DNA from: Promethearchaeota archaeon
GTDB taxonomy: Archaea > Asgardarchaeota > Lokiarchaeia > Sigyniarchaeales > SOKP01
DNA: 64,000 nucleotides
Direction of reading: 5' to 3'
NCBI GenBank assembly: GCA_029838195.1
Contig: JALGVJ010000015.1
Location: forward strand, 1-64,000
In this document: piece after piece, positions 21,037 to 30,766 of the stretch
How the letters are laid out: every line of letters begins with the position of its first letter
Position numbering within the stretch: position 1 is the stretch's first letter
The notes under the pieces: model-generated
What the model saw: the letters and a program-made list of their open reading frames with translations, nothing else
Told to the model about the DNA's origin: nothing
Database searches by the model: none
Program-made: the position numbers and the translations under genes

Positions 21037-21459
21037 ATGTCTAATTATTTAAAAGATCATGCTCCTTGTGGAATTTATTGTAAGAAATGTCCTGGAGTAA
21101 AATTTTATAACTGCAAGGGTTGTAGAGAACAAGAGGGACGGATTCGGGACTTTCCCACGTGTAAAACATATGAATGCGTTACTACTAAAGGGTATAAATT
21201 TTGTTTCGAATGTGAAGAATTTCCTTGCGAAAAGCTTCAACCCATTGTCAATTTTGAGATTTTCACGCCTCACAATTCTAAAGTATATAATTTAGTAATG
21301 ATAAAAAAGCTGGGATTATCTAAATGGAATGAAATCTGCGAAGAAAAAACGGAACTTTATTATAAAGGAAGAAAAGTCAGGTATGGAGGAGACGGATTAA
21401 CATTGGAAAAAAAAGATCCGAACATGTATAAAAAAAAGCAACTCGAAAACCATAAATGA
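21037..21459 (+). CDS. Cys-rich DUF3795-like protein
   Basis: APCGIYCKKCP, CKGCR, FCFECEEFPCEKL. Confidence 0.8.
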   Translation: MSNYLKDHAPCGIYCKKCPGVKFYNCKGCREQEGRIRDFPTCKTYECVTTKGYKFCFECEEFPCEKLQPIVNFEIFTPHNSKVYNLVMIKKLGLSKWNEICEEKTELYYKGRKVRYGGDGLTLEKKDPNMYKKKQLENHK

Positions 21460-21472
21460 ATTTCCCAATCGC

Positions 21473-22264
21473 TCAGAACCAACAATCCAACGTCGTATTT
21501 TTCAAGGGATTTGACAATTTTCTTTTTGATTTCCTTGGTTTCCATTTCAAATACCGCTTTTTGGGCATGAAGGGATGTTGCACGAGCGTGTATTCCACGT
21601 AGCGTTCGCATTCCTTAATCAAGACTAACACGTTTCCAAAATGAGCCAAGTATTTTCCCCCTTTTGGCCGATAAAGAGAATGTTCATGTAAAGGAGCGGT
21701 TAACACGATGAGTGGTTTGGCCTTTTCAAGCATTTTCTTAATTCCTCCAATGGCTCGCAACAAATCTTCAAATATCCGTTTTTCGTGGACTTGAAATAGA
21801 GAAGTAATGCCAGAAATGAGAACGACTTTTATTTCTTCAAGTTTTGCCAAGCGGTGCTCCAAGAGCTCAACCATTTGATCCCACGTAAAGGCACGAGCAA
21901 TGATGATGTTTTCCAGCACTTTCTGAGGAGAGAGCTTCTGCGAAACGGCGAATCTACTCACCGTGTAAGGATTAAAGCGATTATTGGCTTCCACGAATGC
22001 CACTCTCGTGTTCTCTCCAATGCCACCATTCACGGGAGCTTTTTGCGCAATTACCGCCGTGGTCAATAAAATATTCGTGGTTATCGTCTTGTCGCCATAC
22101 AATAAATGGACAAGATCCCGATGAAATCCACCCGAAAGCAAGACATCAAGTGCCTTATCTCCACTGGAAAGAAGAGGCCTACGAGAAAACTTATCATGCA
22201 CGAATACTCCCGAATGAAATGACATCACAAGAGATGATGATCTGCCCGTATAAAAGTGGGACAC
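21473..22264 (-). CDS. Inactivated RadA/RecA-fold protein (iRadA) of the PolB2 module; start probably ATG at 22225
   Basis: SGDKALDVLLSGG, degenerate Walker A (LLYGDKTITTN), NRFNPY, IIARAFTWDQ; C-terminal PIP-like KNTTLDCWF. Confidence 0.85.
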   Translation of the reverse strand: MSHFYTGRSSSLVMSFHSGVFVHDKFSRRPLLSSGDKALDVLLSGGFHRDLVHLLYGDKTITTNILLTTAVIAQKAPVNGGIGENTRVAFVEANNRFNPYTVSRFAVSQKLSPQKVLENIIIARAFTWDQMVELLEHRLAKLEEIKVVLISGITSLFQVHEKRIFEDLLRAIGGIKKMLEKAKPLIVLTAPLHEHSLYRPKGGKYLAHFGNVLVLIKECERYVEYTLVQHPFMPKKRYLKWKPRKSKRKLSNPLKNTTLDCWF

Positions 22265-22280
22265 GCCGACAATTTTCTGA
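22234..22280 (-). promoter_or_regulatory. Promoter of iRadA with conserved operator-like motif
   Basis: Minus strand TCAGAAAATTGTCGG-N10-TTTTATAC...TCATCAT; TATA lies 23-30 bp before ATG 22225. Confidence 0.65.
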
Positions 22281-22689
22281 GATCACGATCCTTTTTAAGC
22301 ACTATCATATCCTCATTTCTTTTAAGTTGATCCCCATTTCATTTAAATGAAAGGTCGTACCGGACGGAGAGAGAGAGGAAAATAAAAGTAAACTTGATTT
22401 GCGATTTTTCTGTTAATGCCATGAGGGGTCCGACGAAACCTTGAGATTTCTCAAATCGTTGTTAAGTCAGGTAAGATGGATGAGAGAATTAATTAAGTAG
22501 AGAACGATTTTACAATTATTTATTAATTTTTTAGATTAATCTATTAAGAAGTTATTATAATAATTGAATTTCCTGTTGAGCATTCAGTTTTTCGTAATGT
22601 ACATTTAAGTCAAAAATAATGTAAGGATAAATTTTATAAAGAACAGAAATAATTTAATACTTACAATTAGAATAAAAAAAGGTGAAATC

Positions 22690-23085
22690 TTGATCTTACA
22701 ACTTATCAATCCTGGTTGGTTGGCTACATTTATTACTCTCTATGGAATTGCATTTTTCATCCTAAGCATTATCATCTCATCGATAATTTTAGCCATCGTA
22801 TTAAAAATTACTTTCGCTTTCGTGAAAGCAGAACACGAGAATTTTGGTGCCGTCTACGTTACAGCTCTCATTGCCGTAATTATCATACAATTATTGTTTT
22901 TAATAATATATTTCTGGATTGCATTGGTTTTAGCTTTAATCCTATTCTGGTTGATTATCGCAAAACGCCACGAAATTAGCTATGGAAAGGCCATTTTGGT
23001 TTCAATTCTGGCATTAATCGTTTACATCATATTGATCTTCATCTTAGCTATTGTTCTTGCCCTTATATTAGTATTTCTAATATAA
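22690..23085 (+). CDS. Small four-TM membrane protein
   Basis: Very hydrophobic; shares LKI...FGAVxVTALI...RH with the next gene; AGGTGA SD. Confidence 0.75.
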   Translation: MILQLINPGWLATFITLYGIAFFILSIIISSIILAIVLKITFAFVKAEHENFGAVYVTALIAVIIIQLLFLIIYFWIALVLALILFWLIIAKRHEISYGKAILVSILALIVYIILIFILAIVLALILVFLI

Positions 23086-23458
23086 AACGTTGGATCTTAT
23101 CTTTTTAATTATTATAACTCTTCTTTTTTTCCATTTTTCTACGTGTATTTTTTAAGATTAATGGCATGGGAAAATAGGGTACCATTAAAATTTAGAATTT
23201 TTTAATGGAAAAAATTAATTCTTAATAACTAAAGGATATCTGATCAAAGCATGAAAATCTTTAATATTGGAACGTGAATTACGAATATCATTTTACCCTT
23301 GCATTTTGTCAAATGAAAGTGTTTTAAGATTCGTAGGTAGCATTGTTCAATAATGAATTCTAAAACTATCAATAGATTTTTATACTCAGATTTCTTAATA
23401 AAAAAACAAGCAATAATAAAATCAATTACTAAATTTACAAAATAAGGTCGAAATCAAG

Positions 23459-23809
23459 ATGGGAGCAATCCCGGGAGAATGGATTCTCGCATTAGGAATC
23501 GTGGGCATCATCGTTTTGATCATTATCATTATCTTGATTGGCATTGTTATAAACACCATCTTTTTAAAAATTGGTTTAGCATTATTTGAATCTACCAACA
23601 ATGAATTTGGAGCTGTATTTGTTACTGCTTTAATTATGGCATTAATAGGGTGGATTCCGTGTATCGGGTGGATTCTCTGTTGGGTAGTTATTAATTCACG
23701 TCATGACACAGGATTCTGGCAAGCGATAGTCATTTGGCTAATCTCAAGTTTAATTTCCTTTATTGTGGGATATTTCGTGGGCATGTTTATCTTACCATTA
23801 ATAATTTAG
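23459..23809 (+). CDS. Small membrane protein, paralog of 22690-23085
   Basis: FLKIGL...EFGAVFVTALI...SRHD. Confidence 0.8.
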   Translation: MGAIPGEWILALGIVGIIVLIIIIILIGIVINTIFLKIGLALFESTNNEFGAVFVTALIMALIGWIPCIGWILCWVVINSRHDTGFWQAIVIWLISSLISFIVGYFVGMFILPLII

Positions 23810-23873
23810 GTTTTTTATATGAAGTTTTCTCTTATTTATTTTTTTTTCTTTTCTCTTTTTTCATCTAAAAAGT

Positions 23874-24311
23874 TCATAGTTTTAGAATTTTAACGTTGAA
23901 AAGTTGTTCATCATCTAATTTTAGGAATTTTAATGCTATTTTCCCTATTTCTTCTTGAGTAGCGTTTTTAGGAATGTTTATTGGAGCTTTCAATTCTATG
24001 ATTAATTTTGTATTTTTTAAGGTAAAGATTGCTTTTGAAATGCCCTCATTAACAATCTCGATATTGTTTTTACCGAGGGTACAACTTGAGAAAAATTGAA
24101 TACCATCAACGGGGCAAGATTTCGGAGGAGAATACCCGGTATATACTTTTACATACTTTTTAAACGGATAATCACCTAAACACTTGTTAGATAGAATTGC
24201 TATGCGTGCGCCCATAATAATATAGGGACCTAAATGCCCATGAAATTCTCTCAAATACTCAAGGCGTTTTACAATATCATTTATTGAGATTCTTTCTTTA
24301 ATTTCTTTCAT
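23874..24311 (-). CDS. fmdE: FmdE family protein
   Basis: EFHGHLGP...G.R; SCPVDGIQFFSSCTLGKNN. Confidence 0.85.
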   Translation of the reverse strand: MKEIKERISINDIVKRLEYLREFHGHLGPYIIMGARIAILSNKCLGDYPFKKYVKVYTGYSPPKSCPVDGIQFFSSCTLGKNNIEIVNEGISKAIFTLKNTKLIIELKAPINIPKNATQEEIGKIALKFLKLDDEQLFNVKILKL

Positions 24312-24364
24312 TTTTGATGGATTATTTCATGATCATGAATTTTTTGTTTAAGAATACTAATCTT

Positions 24365-24985
24365 TTATTTTTCTTTTTTTCTAAATTGGGTTTTAAATAA
24401 ATAGGGCAGATTATTTTTTTTACAATAAGTTCTCATTTCTTGAAAGCCTGGACACGTATCCCAATCTAAATCATGGATACAGTTTTTACACGTTTTATAT
24501 GCACTAGCTGCATGATATAAATTAATAAGTGTTAATAGAATGCCAAAGATAAAGATAAAATTAATCAAATTATAATAAAATGGTAAAGGAGCCTTAAAAA
24601 TCCACCAAAATAAGAAGGCGCCCCCTAAATTAAAGAGGATTTTTTGAAGAACTTTAATTTTTTTCAAGTTTGTTAGTTTTAAAGGACTTAAAAAAAAAGA
24701 AGCCATTAATACAATCCCCATGAATAATAAGAAGTCATGAGCAAGAATTTCCAAGATAAAATATATAAAAATAACTCCTAAAAGAGCAGAAGGATATCCG
24801 ATAATACAGCCGATGCAAAAGTGTTTATTTCTTATCGTTATAACGTGTTTTTTAAAAGGGGCACAATTAGGATGATGACTTAAGTATAAAGGTTTTAAAC
24901 TCTTGATCCATGAAAAGAGGGAGTAGTTTTTCCCATCATCGTAATGTTCCGGAAAAAAGTTTTCATTTCGGTTTTTATCCTTCAA
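24365..24985 (-). CDS. Membrane protein with His/Cys metal-binding motifs (DUF2085-like)
   Basis: SHHPNC, FCIGC, about 4 TM segments, CKNC...CPG. Confidence 0.65.
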   Translation of the reverse strand: MKDKNRNENFFPEHYDDGKNYSLFSWIKSLKPLYLSHHPNCAPFKKHVITIRNKHFCIGCIIGYPSALLGVIFIYFILEILAHDFLLFMGIVLMASFFLSPLKLTNLKKIKVLQKILFNLGGAFLFWWIFKAPLPFYYNLINFIFIFGILLTLINLYHAASAYKTCKNCIHDLDWDTCPGFQEMRTYCKKNNLPYLFKTQFRKKEK

Positions 24986-25088
24986 ATTACTAATAAATCA
25001 ATGATTAATTTATACTCTTAATGGAAATCTTTTCTTTTAAATTAATATCTTCTTTTTTTGAAATATAGAAAGGAAAACCCTATTATGA

Positions 25089-25862
25089 TCATTTATTTAA
25101 ACAATCTTTAACTCTCTCTATGATTTGAGGCAAGACATTGCCGATTTTATCATGAATTACTACTTCTGCTTGATGATCCATTTCGGTCGGTTGAATATTA
25201 ATTATAGCTAATTTTGCTCCAGCAGCAATCGCTTTATGAGGATAAAAAGCCACGGGATACACTAAAAGAGAACTTCCAAGAACAATCATTAAATCTAAAT
25301 CAGCAATCATCTCATCCGCTTTTCTTAAAACAGCAGACTCTAAAGGTTCACCGAAAAATATAGCATTGGGTTTCAATAATCCTCCACATTCCTCACAAGT
25401 CGGGGAATTTTTACCCCTTAATACTTGGTTGATCAAGGTAGTAATGGGATAAACTCTCTTGCATCGCAAACATTTACTTTCATTCGCCGTCCCATGTAAT
25501 TCGACCACGTTTTTTGTCCTCGCTTTAGAATGCAATCCATCGATGTTTTGAGTAAGAACCCCCTTCAATTTTCCCATTTTTTGGAGTTGAGTTAAAGCTT
25601 TATGTCCCTTGTTCGGTTTTGCCCGAAAGATCGTAGTGCCCATTTCTAACATCAATTTTAAATTCTTAGAGGTGGAAGATACATACGAATGTATGCTTGC
25701 GAATTCGTCGGGATCTACTTTTGTCCATAATCCTGTTCCAGGTGAGCGAAAATCCGGAATTCCTGATTCCGTACTCATTCCAGCACCTGTTAAAGCTACA
25801 ATATTTTTTGATACCAAGATTAAATCTGCGAATTTAGCAATTAATTGTTCTCTTTCTGTCAT
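25089..25862 (-). CDS. NAD-dependent protein deacylase (sirtuin)
   Basis: TGAGMSTESGIPDFR, TQNIDGLH, ELHG, CxxC...CxxC, GSSLLVYP. Confidence 0.95.
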   Translation of the reverse strand: MTEREQLIAKFADLILVSKNIVALTGAGMSTESGIPDFRSPGTGLWTKVDPDEFASIHSYVSSTSKNLKLMLEMGTTIFRAKPNKGHKALTQLQKMGKLKGVLTQNIDGLHSKARTKNVVELHGTANESKCLRCKRVYPITTLINQVLRGKNSPTCEECGGLLKPNAIFFGEPLESAVLRKADEMIADLDLMIVLGSSLLVYPVAFYPHKAIAAGAKLAIINIQPTEMDHQAEVVIHDKIGNVLPQIIERVKDCLNK

Positions 25863-26107
25863 AATGTTTTGTTGATATTTGTATTAAAAATAAAATTCTA
25901 ACTGATAAAAAATATTTAAATTCTACTTATTCGTATGAATTATATTTTATATAGTTTCCATGCTTAAAAATGTTAAATTTCTTTTAATGGCTCATGAGAG
26001 GATTCATGAGACTTGATGTTCGTGTTTGATTTAATTAAAAGTAGTTCTTTTAAACCTCATGAATTGGAAAGGGGAACCCATGAAAAGATTGGGATCTCTT
26101 GAACCAA

Positions 26108-27631
26108 CTACCAATAATAAGGTTTTTTAGGATAATAAAGAGGTGTATTTAGGAGCCACTCAAAAAGAGCTTCTTTTAATTCATTTTCGATTGCAGAAAC
26201 TTCTTTTTGTCCGATTAGGTTATCATATTCTAAAGAGTCTTGTTCTGAATTAGTCAATACGAATCCATTTCCTCGTTTGGGAAGGGAGAGAATTTGATAA
26301 TTATCTTTGGTATTTTCTTGTAATTTTTCTTTCGGAACGAACCAGTTATTCAAGGGGTAATAGATAAGTTTCCAAGGCCCTTTACTCACACCAACTGCTT
26401 TCTTTTGGTATTCATAATAGGAGTAAACCCGAGATTTTTTTAATGGTTTATTTTTCAAGAATGGTGCAAAAGAAATCCCTTGAACGTGGTCTGGTATGGG
26501 AAATCCTAAGTAATCAAGAATGGTAGGAAGAATATCTTCATGCTGAGTTGCTCCGTGATATTCTGTTCCCGCTTTCATTTTTTTGGGGAGTCTTATCAAG
26601 AAAGGGATTTTAAGAATATTATCATACATGAAACATAACTTTCGGACGAGTCCATGATCTCCACAATAATCTCCATGGTCGCTTGTAAAGATAATTATAG
26701 TATTTTCAAGTTGATCTGTCTCTTCTAGAACGTTCAATATCCGACCAATGTGATGGTCGATATGGGAGATCATTCCATAATATGCAGCCTTCATGCGTTG
26801 AAATTCCGAATCAGGCATATCTTTTACGTGAAAATAACAAGGGGGAAGGAAGGCATTTTCACCCTTTTTTCGAATTGGTCTTGGGAGTTCTTTTGGATCG
26901 TACATAGAAGCAAAAGGCTCGGGAGGATTAAAGGGATGATGAGGGTCGACATAGGAGCACCAAGCAAAGAATGGTTTATTTTGAGCCGTCTTTTCTCGAA
27001 TGAATTTAATTGTTTGGTCAGTAATCCATGCAGTTTGATGAAGGTGTTCAGGGAGTTCCGAAGTAAAGACTGCTTTCAAAGTTCCAACATCTGCAAAGAG
27101 AGGATCGTAATAATTGTCTATGTAGGGATTACTTGTTTGTTCGTTGCCATTTTTCAAGGCAGCTTCATAATATTGTGGAAATTCTTCCTTAATGTATTCA
27201 AGATATTCCCCTACCAAATTATCTTCAGTAATGGCAAATTCATTAAACCCATAATATTTTTTATCATGATTCATATTTTCAGCATAATTGCTTAGCTCCG
27301 CTTCGAAATGCGCTTTTCCAAAGATTCCAGAAATATAGTTTTGTTTTGATAAAAGGTTTGGAATTCCAATGATTTTTTTATCTAAGTTATAACCAACATG
27401 CCAAGCGCCGTGAGTTCTAGAATATAGTCCGGTTAGGATGGAAGCACGTGCTGGGGTACATATAGGAGATGAACAGGTGTGATTTTTAAAATTAATGCCC
27501 TCTCTTGCGATTCTATCTAAATTGGGAGTGCGGATGTAATCATTACCATTACATCCGATAGCATCAAATCTTTGTTCATCCGTAGTAATTAATAAAATGT
27601 TCAATTTTTGTTGTTTTTTGTTATTATTCAT
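26108..27631 (-). CDS. Formylglycine-dependent sulfatase
   Basis: NILLITTDEQR, CTPARASILTG (CxPxR), GKAH, DPHHP, SDHG. Confidence 0.92.
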   Translation of the reverse strand: MNNNKKQQKLNILLITTDEQRFDAIGCNGNDYIRTPNLDRIAREGINFKNHTCSSPICTPARASILTGLYSRTHGAWHVGYNLDKKIIGIPNLLSKQNYISGIFGKAHFEAELSNYAENMNHDKKYYGFNEFAITEDNLVGEYLEYIKEEFPQYYEAALKNGNEQTSNPYIDNYYDPLFADVGTLKAVFTSELPEHLHQTAWITDQTIKFIREKTAQNKPFFAWCSYVDPHHPFNPPEPFASMYDPKELPRPIRKKGENAFLPPCYFHVKDMPDSEFQRMKAAYYGMISHIDHHIGRILNVLEETDQLENTIIIFTSDHGDYCGDHGLVRKLCFMYDNILKIPFLIRLPKKMKAGTEYHGATQHEDILPTILDYLGFPIPDHVQGISFAPFLKNKPLKKSRVYSYYEYQKKAVGVSKGPWKLIYYPLNNWFVPKEKLQENTKDNYQILSLPKRGNGFVLTNSEQDSLEYDNLIGQKEVSAIENELKEALFEWLLNTPLYYPKKPYYW

Positions 27632-27709
27632 ATATTATCATTAAGATTTTTAATTTCATATTCGATTAAGCAATATTTAATGGTTTTTCTTCCATCATTG
27701 CTTTACAGA

Positions 27710-27955
27710 AGCGGAAAAATCTGGAATTCATAACATCGTCCACATTCCATCACCGGTTAAAGCTACATTATTATTTGATTTAATAATTAATTCTGCGAAT
27801 TTGGTAATCAATTGATCCGCTTCTGTTATATTTCTTATTCTTGCTTGCATTTTAAAAATAAAATCTTAAATGAGAATAATTATTTAAACTCTATTTAATT
27901 GTATGAATTATATTTTATATATTTCCTATGCTTAAAAATGTTAAATTTCTTTTAA
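27710..27955. repeat. Diverged direct duplicate of the sirtuin 5' end and upstream region (~25745-25987)
   Basis: Shared GTTAAAGCTACA and CTGCGAATTT, plus a near-identical 55-bp GTATGAATTATATTTTATATA...ATGCTTAAAAATGTTAAATTTCTTTTAA. Confidence 0.9.
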
Positions 27956-28257
27956 CTTGCCATAAATTGATTCATTTGGAATATTGTTCCCTTTAGAGAG
28001 CAAAACCATGATAACCCGCAATAATTAGAAATTAAGAAGGATCGTGTAAGTAATTCTATGGGTTAATCCATTAAAATATATTTGATATTTTAGAACATCT
28101 CTCTTCATGGTTCTAAAAGAGTTTTTAATTTGGATAATTATATATTCAATAAATTTTATATAATGAATAACTTATAATTATCAGCTATCTTAATTAAACA
28201 AGATTTTATAAAAGAATATATAAAGCACCATCATGGATTTTAATGAGGCCTTGTTAA

Positions 28258-28815
28258 ATGTCTGAATCGAAAGTACAAAAAAGTTTTATTTATAAAATCT
28301 GCGTTCTGGGCGACGGTGGAGTCGGAAAGACGTCAATGGTACTCAGATATTGCGAAAATAAATTTAAAGAAAACTATATCATGACCATTGGAAGCAATTT
28401 TGCAAGTAAAAAAGTAGTTCTCGAAGATTATCCTGAATTCAATGTAAACTTGCAGCTTTGGGATCTGGCCGGCCAACAGCATTTTTCGTTTGTCCGCCCG
28501 CCATTTTATCGTGGCGCCTCTGGATTAATATACGTGTTTGATCTAACTAGGAGGAGTTCTTTTACAAATCTTGCGAAATGGAAAGAAGAAGCCATGAAAG
28601 TATTAGGATCTCAGAAGCCAAACATATTAATTGGAAATAAATTAGATTTAGTGAGAGACGGAAATAGAGAAATCGGAGAAAAGGAGGGGGAAGCATTAGC
28701 TAAGGAATTTAATGCATTAGCTTATTATGAGACCAGCGCAAAAGAGAATATTAATGTCGAACTTGTATTTAAAAATTTGACTTTAGGAATTCTAAAAGCC
28801 TCAAATAAAATATAA
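28258..28815 (+). CDS. Rab-like small GTPase (Asgard eukaryotic signature protein)
   Basis: GDGGVGKT, TIG, WDLAGQ, NKLD, ETSAK; RabF-like IGSNF/NLQLW/FYRGA/YVFDLT; no C-terminal Cys. Confidence 0.93.
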   Translation: MSESKVQKSFIYKICVLGDGGVGKTSMVLRYCENKFKENYIMTIGSNFASKKVVLEDYPEFNVNLQLWDLAGQQHFSFVRPPFYRGASGLIYVFDLTRRSSFTNLAKWKEEAMKVLGSQKPNILIGNKLDLVRDGNREIGEKEGEALAKEFNALAYYETSAKENINVELVFKNLTLGILKASNKI

Positions 28816-29171
28816 TCTTTCGCTTTCTTCTCTTTATCAATTTATTTGATTTTTCCTAAGCATCATGATTTTTTATTATTTTAGTTTTTTTAGTATTTCG
28901 ACTTTTTATTTTCAAAAAAAAACATTATTTTTTTATGAGAACAGAGAAATCAAAATTATTAATCCCATTCGGATAAATTAAAGACAAGAGAGAATAATAA
29001 CGGTTAAAATATTAAAAGAGTTTAAACGTAAGTAAAATGAACTTAGCCCTATTAAGAATCGATTCGAAAAAATTAGAACTAATAAATCATTTAAAAAAAA
29101 TTTTTATTACAATAACAATTTTTACCCTTTAATTAAAAGAATTAAATGATAAAAACTAAAATAGGTTATAA

Positions 29172-29891
29172 ATGATGTTTAGTGGTGGACAGCGCGCTTA
29201 CGATAGGGCTCTTACAGTGTTTTCTCCAGAAGGTCGATTATACCAAGTTGAATATGCTTTAGAAGCCGTGCGAAGAGGTACTTTAGCTGTAGCTGTAAAA
29301 TCGGATAAAGATGTGTGCTTGGTAGCTCAAATTAAAATTGCATCAAAACTCATGGATCCTGATTCTATTGATAAAGTTTTCCAAATTGATGAGCATATTG
29401 GCTGTGCAATTTCAGGATTACACGCAGATTCACGGATCTTGATTAATTATGCTCGGGTTCAGGCCCAATCGTTCAGATTAACCTATGGTGAACCCGTTCG
29501 ATTAAACATGTTGGTAAAATCTATAGCAGATCTTTGCCAGATGTATTCTCAATATGGTGGAATCCGTCCGTTTGGTTGTGCCCTTTTTTTCATTGGAATC
29601 GATGAAGGTGGCACTCAAATATACACTACCTCTCCAAGTGGAATATATCGTTCATTCAAAGCATATGCATTGGGTAACGGAGAGGCGAATGCGAGAGAAT
29701 ACATTAAAAATAATTATAAAGAAAATATGGCATTTGAAGAATTAATTAAATTGGCGTTAAATGCCATAAAAGAATCGATTGAAGAGCAAATTTCTAAAGA
29801 CACCATTCGATTAGCTTATATCCGTTCAGAAGATAAAAAATTTAAGGCGTGTACTAAGGAAGAGATTGAAAAATACATCCAAAGTTTATAA
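29172..29891 (+). CDS. psmA: 20S proteasome alpha subunit
   Basis: YDRALTVFSPEGRLYQVEYA, SGLHADSR, GIRPFG. Confidence 0.95.
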   Translation: MMFSGGQRAYDRALTVFSPEGRLYQVEYALEAVRRGTLAVAVKSDKDVCLVAQIKIASKLMDPDSIDKVFQIDEHIGCAISGLHADSRILINYARVQAQSFRLTYGEPVRLNMLVKSIADLCQMYSQYGGIRPFGCALFFIGIDEGGTQIYTTSPSGIYRSFKAYALGNGEANAREYIKNNYKENMAFEELIKLALNAIKESIEEQISKDTIRLAYIRSEDKKFKACTKEEIEKYIQSL

Positions 29892-30192
29892 AGGATTGTT
29901 TTTTTATCTGATTCTTTTTTGTTTTCATTTCTCTTTCGCCTATTTCACTAATATTTTTATTCTAAATTCATTTTACTTCTTTTTAAGAGTGTCTAAAAAG
30001 AAACGCAAGAATTATAATTTAAGATGGGTATATATTCATTAGTATTAGTTAAAATTGATAGAAGAGAGTAGTTAGAAAGAAAATAAAGGAGAAATTTTGT
30101 CTTTTTCACCGTGGTAAGAGTAGTTAATTTAAATGAAAATTTTCTTAATATTAATATCAAGATTTTTGAAAAAAGAATGCATGAGGTAAATC

Positions 30193-30594
30193 ATGGGAAA
30201 GAAGAAAAAAGTAAGAAAGGAGTTTGAATCCGCATTTAAATCGGGGGATCAAACTACTATGAAACGGTTATTGGACGAAAATCCTTGGTTATTAGAAGAG
30301 GTTTCAGGAGAATTAAAAGGAGAAATTCAAGAACAAGATCAAGTATTAGCAGCGTTGGGAATAATGGAAGATGAATTGGGACACCCTGTTCCGATTCAAG
30401 AAATCATATTTTGCTTAAAAGAAGATTTTGGTATTCGCAAATCAGATGAGGAGGTTTTAAACCATCTATTAGAGGCGGAGAAGTTAAAGTTGGCAAGAAA
30501 AGAGCCCAATGGTTGGAATTTAACGGAAAGTGGGGGAGAAGTGTGTGATAATTATTTAAATAAAAGATTCTTTAAATTGAAGGCAGGAAAATAA
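30193..30594 (+). CDS. Hypothetical protein with C-terminal winged-helix-like domain
   Basis: Helix-helix-wing pattern ending GWNLTESG; GAGGT SD. Confidence 0.7.
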   Translation: MGKKKKVRKEFESAFKSGDQTTMKRLLDENPWLLEEVSGELKGEIQEQDQVLAALGIMEDELGHPVPIQEIIFCLKEDFGIRKSDEEVLNHLLEAEKLKLARKEPNGWNLTESGGEVCDNYLNKRFFKLKAGK

Positions 30595-30766
30595 TGGGAA
30601 TTTAAATTTTGATTTTTTTCGAATCCAGATCAAGAGAATTTATTTTAAAAGAATGAACCAATGAGTAATTAAATATTGACTGAATAAAAAAATAAAAACA
30701 ATCAACAGAAAATATTAAAACCAAATTAGTTAAGCAATAAGGTAAAAATTTGGGAGAAGGGGAAAA

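Noticed and set aside
22340-22490. GC-richer intergenic patch with a weak fourth motif copy (TCCGACGAAACCTTGA at 22429)
   Set aside because: Poor match in the second half-site; no supported ORF or structure
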